Assembly (NCBI RefSeq): GCF_036971445.1
Contig: NC_091475.1
Coordinates: 196,788,001 to 196,852,000 of the forward strand
Direction of reading: 5' to 3'
Source: Narcine bancroftii
Taxonomy: Eukaryota
DNA length: 64,000 bases
Position numbers and translations under genes: made by a program. A model generated the notes under the pieces. The model was given only the letters and a program-made list of their open reading frames with translations. It searched no databases and was not told where the DNA came from. Position 1 is the stretch's first letter; each line of letters begins with the position of its first letter. This document shows positions 12,360 to 23,666 of this stretch, in pieces.

Positions 12360-12755
12360 CCAAACGCCTTCTTCTTCTTACCCCTGTCTCCTTTCCTCCA
12401 TTTCTGGCCCTCTCTCTTCCCTTTTCCTTGTCTTCTTTCACAGAGCCAAATTCAGTTCTCACCTCTTATGTCCAATCAACATCTTTTATTGGTCTCCCCC
12501 TGGCCAGATTTCAGTCTTTATTCTGACCCCTTCCTGTTCTTTGCTTATTCCTTGAGGAAGGGCTCAGGCCTGAAACGTTGGTAATATATCTTTGCCTCCT
12601 ATGGACGCTGCGAGACTGGCTGAGTTCCACCAGTATCTCTGTGGAAGAAGGGCTCGGGCCTGAAACATTGGTAATATATCTTCACCTCCTGTGGACGCTG
12701 CGAGACTGGCTGAGTTCCTCCAGCATTTCTCAGGGTTTTTACTACAGTCACTGCC
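12360..12755 (+). mobile_element. Penelope-like pseudo-LTR fragment containing a 90-bp tandem duplication of the hammerhead-bearing unit
   Basis: gaagggctc(a/g)ggcctgaaac(g/a)ttggtaatatatc...ctgagttcc.ccag occurs at 12557 and again at 12647. Confidence 0.8.
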
Positions 12756-13074
12756 ATTGGACCTTATTGGGCCTGAAATCAATTTTGAGCACCTCACTGG
12801 ATGCTCACTCAATCTTTATACCACAGTTCCACACGGCCATTCTAGCACTAAAGGATCATCCAGGGATGGAGATGGGGGGCCCTGGCAATGTTGCCTTTGA
12901 GGTGCGATTCTGTGCATACCACTGTGTCAGGCTGTGGCTGGACAAGCCTTTGGGATGGCTAGTCCAGTTTAGGTACCAGTTCCCCCTCATCCACCCCCTC
13001 CCCTCCCAGGTGTTCATAAGGTGACCCTTACCATATCGACTGGGCCGGCACCAGTTTTGTCATGACCGAGTGAA

Positions 13075-14530
13075 ACAGGGAAGTCTGGAGGCACTTTGAT
13101 TGTAGTAAAAGCACAGAGAAATGCTGGGGTAACTCAGTTGATCATTCAGTGTCAAAAGGAGGTAAAAAAATTTTACCGACATTTCGGGGCTGGGCCCTTC
13201 TTCATGGTATATGCAAAAATTGGCAGGTGTCTGAGAGAAAGGGGGCAGAAAGGGAGGGGGGTGGAGTACAGGGCCAACAGACAAGAGGTGTTAATTAGAA
13301 GTGGAAAGGTGAAAATTGATTTTGGCTCTGTGAAAGGAGTCAGAGGGAATAGGGAAGTGAGAGAGAAGGCACTTTCAAGCAGGGAAGGGAAAACACCTGT
13401 CCATAAAGGCGGAGGTTCTTCATCCTCACTCATAGACATACCTTTCTGAATGTGCCATGGTTGGCTCTGAGGTGCCGATTCGAAACCTTCTCAGGGAAGG
13501 ATAATCGGCGGAGCGCAGCGCTCCACTGCCTGACATGAATGTCCAGCCGCTGCAAGCTGGTTAGGGGCAGGCTGATGACATTGTCAGCCTGCGACCTATC
13601 TCCCCACTCATCCCTCTCCTTCTATGACCCCCTCAAGGCAGGGACGGCAGGCGGGAGCCATCGGGGCAGCGGGAAGTGGCGGGAGCCATCAGGGGGCGGT
13701 CAATGCAGGCTGTGACAGCCTCACCGGGTCACTTCGGCCTTCAGGGCTTCTCTCTGTGGCTCAAAACATGGCAGATCAATGGTCGTCTTCCCTACCCATA
13801 ATCCCCCACACAGCTGGAACTGTTCTGGGAACCACAGAGCAGTTCCAGGTGTGTGGGGGATTATGGGTAGGAAGATTGCCATTGTTCTGTAATGTATTCA
13901 TGATGCGTGGGGCTACAGCACCAGTCGCCCTGCCTTCAGTGGCACCAGAGAGCACTTTGAAGCACCTTTAGATATAAATGCGAAGCTGGAGCAGGCCTTT
14001 AGGGCTGCTGTCTGAAAGGTAAGTTTTAAGTTTTCGATCCTCTCTTGTAGCTGGCCTCCAGGTGGAGGCCTGACATGAAATGGCCTGGAGAGACAGACAG
14101 AACCAGAGGAAAGGAGACAGGAGGACAAAGATGGTTGCAGGGGGAGGGGGTTTTAGCAGAACTGGAGATGTTGATGTTAATGGTATCTGGTTGGAGGGTG
14201 CCAGACAGAAGTTAAGGTGTCATTCCTCCAATTTGTGGGTGGTCTCAGTCTGACAGTGAACGATGGACATGTCAGCAAGGGAATGGGATGGAGAAATGAA
14301 AGGGCTGGTGCCACTGGGAAATCCAAACTATTGCAGTGGATAGAGTTGAGGTGGTCAATGAATCGATCCCCCATTCTGCATCCAGTCTCTCCGATGTAGA
14401 GGAGACCACAACAGGCCCACCGGATGCAGTAGATGACCCTTGCAGATTCACAATGTTGCTTCAATTAGAAGGACTCCTCGGGGGCCTAAATAGTGGTGAG
14501 GGAGGAGGTATGGGCACATGCGGAGCAGTT
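13075..14530 (-). mobile_element. Penelope-like element 3' portion (GIY-YIG endonuclease remnant plus pseudo-LTR), interrupted at ~13440-14020
   Basis: ORF 14177-14464 VIYCIRWACCGLLYIGETGCRMGDRFIDH is a GIY-YIG signature. 13075-13400 is the reverse complement of the Penelope tail, with a hammerhead-like motif at ~13175-13210. Confidence 0.8.
13440..14020. mobile_element. Probable PIF/Harbinger-like MITE
   Basis: Short inverted ends acctttctga / tctgaaaggt. GC-rich interior with the palindrome gcaggctgatgacattgtcagcctgc. Confidence 0.4.
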
Positions 14531-15989
14531 TTGTCATGTCTGAGTTCAATGCATAGGTCAATCCTGGGTGGTTTGTCCATTTTTGTTGCAGCTTCAAGGC
14601 AGCTGCAATGGTATAAAGGCATTCAAGCTCAACTACAATGCAATGTCTCTGGACTCACATGATCTCTGCTCACAACAGTAGCTGAATTTCCCCATGGAGG
14701 CAAGTGGTGAATCAAATGGATCTTTATAACAATGCAGGAGTTTTGTGGCAACGTTTATGGACAGTAGTAATTCAGAAATAATCCAGATACCAAACTGAAT
14801 TTAGATTCCATTATGAGATTTGATTATCTGCCTTTGTATCCTTACCAAGTCTCTTTGCTGGTAATATAGGAATTTGATGTGCCATAACGTGTCAATCATT
14901 AATTTTCCTCTCAAGTTATTACGATGACATTTTGTCACATTCTTTGCGAGTATTACATATTTTAACTAGGTGCCTTGCTTTCACGGTGACTCATTGCTTA
15001 GAGCATAGTGTGGTGACATGATTTCAAAGTGACATATTTCAATTTATACACTAAGTCAGCAGGTTTGGTTCAAAGCCGTGTATTAATGGTTGTGATTTCT
15101 GTTAATAAATTCCAATTACAAAGGGTATTGTTATCCCACTGGGGAGCTTTCATACTGGGTTGGTTTCCTTGCAATTGGAAGAGATACTTCGAGACAAATT
15201 AGCAACATTTTTCCAGAGGAAATCTATGTTTCTCCAAAGAATCCAAAATTAGAACAACTTCTCTTCATTATTTTTCCCTTCAGTTTCCTTTCTAAAGCTA
15301 AAGCTTGACATCAGCCAACGTGGATGGTCGTGCATTCTGACCCTCCTTCATCCAAGTCCAGGGGGGTGCTCTGTTCCTCAGCAAGCATAGCGCAAGGAAT
15401 GGTGGGCTCAGACTCTTTCATTTCCCCGGTGCTCCTTTATTCACCACGAGCTTGGTGGGAGATCCATCCCCCCAACTTTAAGGGATCAAGGAGCTCATGA
15501 GTTTAATTTCACCAACGCGATATGACAAAAAACAATCTCAAAACCGTCACCTTCTAGGCAGCACGCATCAACCCAGCAGGATTAAACTATGCAGTGTCAA
15601 TTACATGGTGCACCATATTGTGAACTAATTACGCAGATGTGTCTCTCCCCCACTAAAATATTTTCACAGTTTAGATTCCCATAATTCACACGATTCCATA
15701 GAGAAACGGGACTGTTGGAAATTATCACATTCCAAAGCTTCTTGCAGTCCTTGAACAGAGTTAATGGAATTTCAGCTTGGCTGGTCATTACCAGGCAATA
15801 CACATCCTAGGGCCCCCTCACTGTCCTTAGTTATCTGCAACAATCTCAGTATTTTTTCACAAAGCACAAGGCACATGTTTATTCATCAGTCTATACCAGG
15901 CAGACCCTTTCTTCTACACCAGCTCCTATCAAATAGTTGACCCCGCTGAGTGCCTGATTGGCTTTGGAGACAATACTTTCAAAAACTCC

Positions 15990-17006
15990 TGTTATGAGCC
16001 CAGAGGACCCCAAAACCCAGCAGCAATAGAAATTCACCAAGACAAATGGTTACTTAAACAAAAGTTGCTTTTAATTACCTTTAAACATGAAAACAGAATC
16101 AAACACTAACTTATTAGTATTAACCTAACAACCCCCTTCTAATTCTAAGCACTCATGTATGTAATATGTGTGTAAGTTCAGAAAAGTTCTTTGATTCACA
16201 GTCCAATCTCACTTCTCACTCCTCCAAGTTCATTGGAATCAGGCAATTCTTATACTGTGCACAGAATTTAACATTTATGAATTTCACCAGGCTTTGGTGC
16301 TTGAGAAGTAAATGGTTACCACCCAGGAAGGTTCTTGTCGGTTTTCAGGGAGAGATTTGTTGCTCGTTGGACACCCACAATGGATTCCTTTAGATCAGCC
16401 ACTTCATTGCCTTGCTGAAGAAACTTGCCCCATCAGGGTTTTCCAGATGATAACCTCTTTCTTTCATGTCACCGAGTTCCTTTTTGTTTCCCTTATTTCA
16501 AGTGAAACATTAGACAGCCAGCCATCTCCTCTTGTATGGACCACAATGGCTTTGACCCGGCTGAACTAAGAACTCACGTCCCATCTTCAAAATGGGGTTT
16601 TTCCACAAGCTTGTCAGCTTGTCCTGTTCCCGTCCCAGCTACTGCTGCTGAACTGTAGAACTGAATTCTCTCTCTCTCTCAGAGAAAACCACACGGCCCT
16701 CTTAGAACAGCCAACTGCACTCAGATAGACTGAAGCTCTCGGCCTAATCATCTGAGTTTGTTCATCTCTTGCTTTCCAAAACAATAATCCATCACTACAC
16801 AGCATGTCCAATTAACACATAGGCATTCTTCAAAGTTTTTGCATAGGCACTGGGAGCCTGGACTGTCTGGCTTGAGCAGAGCTCTGGCATTTTAAATGAC
16901 ATCTGTTTTGATGTGTTTGTATGTGACCTGCAATAAAACAACCTGCAACAATTTATCTCCTTTTAAAACATATCTATATCAATATAAAATATAACAATCT
17001 GTTACA
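15990..17006 (-). mobile_element. Solo LTR (~1.0 kb; Gypsy or ERV1-type)
   Basis: TG...CA ends (tgttatgag...tgttaca) and a 4-bp TSD ctcc at 15986-15989 and 17007-17010. Inverted homologue at 54012-54989. The strand is relative to that copy and uncertain. Confidence 0.85.
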
Positions 17007-17109
17007 CTCCCCCATTTACAATTTAAAATTACCAACTCATGTTAATTTATGTACAATTGCCTCTACAGTGGGTGATGTTTTGAATGGTATTGTGGATAGA
17101 GTGAAACAT

Positions 17110-17770
17110 GATAGGCTGCAGACACTGTGATTGTAGTAAGCACACCAAAATGCTGGAGGAACTCAGCTGGTCTTTTCAGCTTCTATAAGTGTCAAAGATA
17201 TGTTGCCGATATTTTAGGCTTGATTCCTTCTTCAAGGAAAAATCAGAAAAGATAGGAGCAGGTTATTATCAGAAAGGCTCAGAATTCAAACTATGGGGAA
17301 GGAATCCAGACCAACAAAAGGTGTTAATTGGTTGATATGATAAGAGAATAGTAGAATTCATCATGTCTGTGCAAAAGGAGTCAGGGAATGGAGAGATGAC
17401 AGGGGAAGAAGGGGTTTTTAACAAAAGCCAGAGAAGTTGGTATTAATGCCTCAGACCTTCTCCTGTTGGAAACTGAACAGTCTGCCCTCAGTAGAGGCCT
17501 CACCTTTGTTTCCCTTCGCCCACACCTTTACAATTTCCGGGCACATCATGATGTTGAAATCTTCTTCGGTTGGCTCTGACTCCATGCTTACTTCCACATC
17601 CATGATTCTCCAGTCCCCACTACAGATCCCTTCTCCTACTTTAAGACATCTCCATTCTCCTGGACACCTCATTCCAGACTTCTACCTGCTGTGGATCTTT
17701 ATATTTCTAATTGCAGCCATGACAACAATCGCATCGACTTCACTACTCCCCTCGCTCATTGCAAACTCAC
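17110..17770. mobile_element. Penelope-like fragment with an inverted junction (3' tail on minus, N-terminal ORF piece on plus)
   Basis: 17110-17452 is the reverse complement of the Penelope tail. From 17453 the plus strand reads DLLLLETEQSALSRGLTFVSLRPH, resembling the GLxF N-terminal motif of Penelope ORFs. Confidence 0.6.
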
Positions 17771-18022
17771 CCCGGAGACAGCACGGACTCATGGGTAGCA
17801 CAGACTCATAGGCCAAATGGCCTGTTGCCATGCTGTATATCTAAATTTAATTTTAATTTTAATTTTAAAAAGTTTACAATGAGTCATTGACTTAGCTAGG
17901 CTAAGAAGTGCCAGATGGAGTTTAACCCAGTAAAATGTGATGTGGTTCATTTTGGTTGATGCAATTTGAAGGCAGAATACAATTTTTAAAAATATTTTAT
18001 TTAAATTTTCATACTTGTATTA

Positions 18023-18417
18023 CAGGTACACAATCCTTTATCTGGAACACTTGGGGGACAGTGTGTTCCGAAATTTGGATTTTTTCGGATTTTGGAAAGC
18101 CAGATTTAAGCCCACCCGAATTGTGCTGCCATATCCACCCCCACCCCCTTCCAGTCATGCTGCCGTCTCACACCCCACCCCCCTCACCAGCGTGATTCGC
18201 ATTGCAATCTCCCAATACTCCCCCATCCACCTGTCTCGCGCTGCTGGTCTCCTCCCCCCACCCCACCCAACTCAGGCTGCCGGTTTCTCGCCCACCCGAC
18301 TTGCACTTTCGGTTTTACCCCCTCGCCCGCTCGACTCGCACTGCCATCTCTCTCCCCACTTGCTGGATTTTGGAGCTTTCTGGATTTTAGATGTCCAGAT
18401 AAAGAATTGTGCACCTG
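18023..18417. mobile_element. Tigger/pogo-type MITE in the L1 3' UTR
   Basis: 24-bp TIRs caggtacacaatcctttatctgga / tccagataaagaattgtgcacctg (2 mismatches), with TA on both sides. Confidence 0.85.
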
Positions 18418-18508
18418 TAATATCCAGATACAAAGACAATATTCATATATTCAAATAAATTGTACATGTTACATTCCCTTGGAATCCCACCAACCCCTCC
18501 TCCTAAAC

Positions 18509-18869
18509 CTTTTTCTTTCCACTCACATACCACTTTAAGTATTCCCAATGCCATTGGTGCTCTGTGATTAGTAAGGGATTGCTTAAGGCGGTTTGTGGGT
18601 GGAAAGAAAAAGTTTGAAAACCACTGTTTTAATTGTACCTGATTGACTTGTTATGTGCATGGTTTCAGAACTCCAAAGGAAATGGGCGAATGACAATTTT
18701 TCTCAAGCAAAATATTTCAGTAACAATTGGGTCTAGAGCAGTGATTCTCAACCATCCTTTCTCACCTACAACCCACCTTAAGCAATCCCTTACTAATCAC
18801 AGAGCACTGATGGCATAGGGATTACTTAAAGTGGGATGTGAGTGGAAAGAAAAAGGTTGAGAACCACTG
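18509..18869. mobile_element. hAT-Charlie-like composite palindromic MITE, copy 1 (left TIR tip missing)
   Basis: Right end gttgagaaccactg. Flanks tcctaaac / ccataaac form a degenerate 8-bp TSD. Colinear with 28256-28618. Confidence 0.8.
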
Positions 18870-21800
18870 CCATAAACAATAGTCCCCAAAGAAAAAAAGA
18901 GGAGAGTATAAAAAAAAGAAAAAAAAATAGAAAGAAAATATTATCAAAGAAAAGAATAAAAGAAAGAAACAAACCTGGTGGCCAAAATGTCACCTCCATT
19001 CACTCAACTTTGTCGTTTCAAAATTATTCATTTACTTATCCCAAGGAGTTAGCAAGGTTTTGTGGGGTTTAGGGAAAACCTTTTATAAATTAATACCTAC
19101 CATGTATAAGTATGGGCACCAAATATTCAAAAAGTATTCCTTAGATTATATGTAATCTTCTCAAGACGTATACAAACATATATATTTTTCCATTCCTAAA
19201 TGTGAATCTGATTCCCACATTGCAGCTGCTAATGCAAGTTTCACAAATTCCTTTTGAAAAAAATTCAATTTCAGTTTTGGTCTATTGCCAAAATATTACC
19301 CAATAAAAAGAGCATTGGATCTTAAGGTAATTAAACTCCCATAACATGTTCTAGAGATGTTCCTAATTCTGTCTAAAATGGCCTCAATTTTGAACATGAC
19401 CATGTAGAATGAAAAAAAACTGCCTATCTCTTGACTACACCTAAAACATTTATCTGATAAATCTGATTTCAATCTAATTAATTTTTGTGGAGTAAGATAT
19501 AGTTGATGTAAAAAATTATACTTAACCAATCTATATCTAGCATTTATTGTATTTATCAAATATCACTGAATAATTCCAACCCAATTTTTTTCCCCAATAT
19601 TTATATTTAAATCTGTTTCTCATCTCTGTTTTGATCTATGAATTTCCTGCTTTTGAGTTCCCTTTTGCAATAATGTATACTTGGTCAAAATAAATTTCTT
19701 AATAGAGCTATTGCAAATCAAAGTTTCTATTTCATTTCTTTCAGACAATAGCATTGTTGGACACAGTTTATCTTGCAAATATTCTTTTATTTAATAATAA
19801 CAAAACTGCATTATTTTGTATTCAGTATTTATTTTTTAATTGATCAAATGTTACTAAACTTCCTCTTCATAATCTGCTATATTTCTAATTCCTTTTGAGA
19901 ACCAAATATTAAAGAGTTGATTGTTCATAGTAAATGGGATAAGTCTGTTTTGAGTCAAAGGCATTTTAATTAGCCCAGAGTTCCTCATTCCCATATCATT
20001 ATTTTATTCCATATGTTAATCAAATGCTTCAACAGTGGAGCAGCACTCTCTCCAGATATAAATCTCAGGTCCCATTTATATTCCTATCTTATCCATCTCT
20101 CTCTAACCCATGGTGATTTCTCTCCCTCTGCAAATAAAAAAAAGGAGAGAAATCTCATTTGTGTGACTTTATAATAATTTTTAACATTTGGAGGTTTTAG
20201 ACCTCCTAATTTATATTTCCATGTTAATTTTTCTAATGAAACCCTTGATATCTTGCCTTTTCAAAGAAATTTTCTTACTAATTTGTTTAATTCCTGAAAA
20301 ATGTTCTGCAGAAAAGATATAGGCAATGTTTAATAAGATATTGCACTCTTGGAAATACATTCATTTTTATACAATTAACTCTTCCCAATTGTGTTACTGG
20401 TAATTCCATCCATATTTAAAAATTTTCATCAATTTTCTTCAATTTCAATTTCAATTTAAATATATTATTTAAATTATTATCTACTCATATTCCTAAATTT
20501 TATTCCATTCATCGGCCATTTATATTAGTTATCTTTTTTATCCTGAGTATAATTACCTCTAATAAGAGACATAATCTCACTTGTATCCCAATGTACTTTA
20601 TAACTAGATATTGTTCCATATTCTTTTAACATTAAATATAATTTATGTAGTGATTCTTCTGGTTCCATCAAATAAATTATTACATCATCTGTGAATAAAT
20701 TAATCTTATCCTCTCTACCAACTTTAAAACCTTTAATATCAGAATCAGACCAAATCAATTCTGCTAATGGTTCTATTGCTAAAATAAATAAAGCTGGAGA
20801 TAATGGACACCCTTGTTGCTAGATCTAATTAAATGGAAAGGTGTAGACATTTATCCATTTGTTACAACTTTAACTTTTGGTCACTTATAGAAAGCTTTAA
20901 TCCAATTTGCAAATATTGGTCCCAATCCATACTTTTTATGTACTTTAAATAAAAAGTCCCATTCTAATCTGTCAAATACTTTTTCCACATCTAAAACCAC
21001 TGATACACTAAGCTCTCTTTATTGAGGCAAGTATATTATACCCAATAATCTAGTCACATTATCTGTTGATTTTCTCTTGTTAACAAAACCAGTCTAATCC
21101 ATGTTTATTAATTTCATAAAATATTTTGCCAACCTATTCACTAATATTTTTGCTACTATTTTATAATCTGCATTTAACATTGAAATTAGTCTATATGATG
21201 ATGATTTTAAAGGATCTCTGTCTTTTTTTTTGGTATTACAGTTATTATTAAAAGATCTGGTAAGGTATGCATTTCAACCCCCTGCCCTAATATCTCCAAA
21301 ATGAGGCAATTAATAAATCCTTAATCTCTTTATAAAATCCAGACAGGAAACCATCCTCTCCCGGAGACTTATTACTTTGTAATGAGCTCAGTGCTTCCCT
21401 AAACTCTGTTAATTGGGAAAGGAGCAGATAATGCTCTCTGCTCTTCCAAATTTAATTTAGGTAAATTTATTAGTGACAAAAAATATCTATTTTATTATCA
21501 TCATCTGAAGACTGATAGAAGTTTGTATGAAATTGTCTAAAATTTTCATTGACTTCTTGAGGTTTATAAATTAAGATCATATTTAGTTGCAATAATTGTT
21601 CTCAATACTTGTTCTATTTTTAACTGCCATGCAAGAAGTTTATGTGTCCTTTCACCCATTTGATAATGCATCTGTTTAGTTCTCATTATTGCTCTTGTTC
21701 TGTTCTATATGTTTGTAAAGTATTATACTGAAGATTTTTATTAATAAGCCATCTTTGTTTGTCCTCATTTACTTTTCGCTATAGGTCATTTTTTTTAAGT

Positions 21801-22011
21801 TTGTTATCTATCTATCTCTCTCTAATTGTTCTACTTCTTTCATATAATCGTTCTTATAAATCATTCATTAACAAAAATGTAACTTTGGCTGCTTTTGTCC
21901 TTATTCTTACTCTTGTAGACCTATCTAAAACTAGATCGAAACAAAAATTGAAATCTCTACCTATTAATATATTTTCATGTGCATTTGTTAAATTTAAGAA
22001 TGTTTCTTAAA

Positions 22012-22192
22012 CCTATATGAGGTTAAGTTAGATATATTTTAACGTATAAAGGGAATTAAGGGATATGGGGAAAAGGTAGGTAGGTGGAGTTGAGTCAATG
22101 ATCATATCAGCCATGATCTTACTGAATGGCAGAGAAAGCTCGACAGGCCATATAGTCTACTACTGCTCATTTTTTTCCTTATGTTCTTGTAT
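22012..22192 (+). mobile_element. CR1 3' tail inserted in L1 ORF2
   Basis: gggaattaagggatatggggaaaagg...gcctactcctgct-like tail, also present at 60780-61540. Confidence 0.7.
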
Positions 22193-23666
22193 ACTTTTTT
22201 TGTCATCTATATTTGGTGCATATATATTCGTAAGTTTCCAGTATTCTGAAAAAATTAACAATGTACCATATCTCCCTGCAGGATCTTATTTATTAAAATT
22301 ACTACTCCTCTTGCTTTTGCATTAAATGAAGAAGCCAAAACATATCCTACCCAATGTCTTTTTAACTAACTTCTGATATTATTTTTCAATTAAACGAGTT
22401 TCTTGCATAAAGTCTATGCCATCTTTCATTGACTTGATATGTGGCAATATCCTCTTCCTTTTCAGTGGATATTAAAACTTAAAGCATTCAATACTTTACC
22501 CATTGATATCTTTTTTTAATCAATTGCAAACGGTATCTCCTCTTCACCTCGCTCTTAACTACTCCTTGGTTTTTCAATGCTTTTTTTTTTAACTCTTATG
22601 CCAAGGCATATCTATTTTATCAATCCAGGTAAAAAAGAAAAAGAAGAAAAAAAATAAAAAGAACAACAAAAATCTCTATTAATATGTTTGAATAATACAA
22701 CGCCTTACCCCCCGCCCTCTATTTTATGGGTCATGGCCCAAGCCACAAAAACATACATGATTCAATAGATGTCAGTCCATTGCCCCACCCCCCCCCCCGA
22801 TGTTCACCATTATTCCAAGTCCATTTCCATTAGACAGAATAAAGTAGTTATGATTCAGTCTTTATAAGTCAAACTCTTGCTTGCTGTACCGCCGCTCAGT
22901 TTCTTGATGAATAGTCAGTAAAATATCTGCATATTCTTACGCACATCCAGGATCTGTAAAGACCTTGTTCACTCCTCCTCGCATAAAGACCTTGGTGTGA
23001 AATAAATCTATAACTTTTCTTCCACAAGGCATTCTTTACCAGATTGAATTCATTCTTTTCTTCTTCAACAACTCAAAGCTAACATCAGGATAAGAGAAAA
23101 TCTTATTTCCATGATACTCCATTGGTCTCTTTCTCTCTTTACCTTGCTTTGCTGCAAACTCTAGTACTTTCTCTCTAACCTGATAGCAAATAAACCTAGA
23201 CCGTGGTTTTTGATCTAGCAGTGGGCACAGTCTTAAAGCCCTGGGCGCTCTTTTATTTCAATAACACCTTGAAACTTATTTTGTCCAAGAACTTCATGGA
23301 TCCAACGTTCTTCACCTTCTTTAAGACAATCAATTTTAATATTGTTTCCTCTTCTGAAACTCTCTAACAAATCCACTTTCTCAGACAACTGTATATTCAC
23401 AGCAGCAAGTGCATCAACTTCCACATTAAATTTGACATTTTTAACTCTTTCTTCCATTTCTTCATTTTGTTTTTGCCTTCTATGCACGAGATCATAGTAT
23501 TTCATAGTTTTTTCATCTGATTTTTTTTTTGAATGCCAGAATACACTGTTAATGGGAGGAGTCTGAGTGGTGTAGAGGAACTGAGCGTTTTAGGGGTTCA
23601 TGTCCATAGGACATAAGTGTTGTTATCATGTGTTGGCTCTCATAATCCATGGGATCAAATACAAGA

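Larger units (their letters stand above)
17982..23536 (-). mobile_element. Near-full-length degenerate L1-clade LINE (ORF1 ~22900-23520; ORF2 ~19080-22503)
   Basis: ORF1-like LESFRRGNNIKIDCLKEGEE; ORF2 start MGKVLNALSFNI; RT motif KINLFTDDVIIYL; C-terminal NFLHQLYLTP...KCFRCSQEIG; AT-rich. TSD cagaataca at 17973-17981 and 23537-23545. Many stops and frameshifts. Confidence 0.85.

Noticed and set aside
15290-15600. CpG-containing unexplained segment as a possible exon
   Set aside because: The minus strand gives frameshifted DLDEG...TLADVKL, resembling the CR1 RT motif region, so it is most likely old LINE debris.
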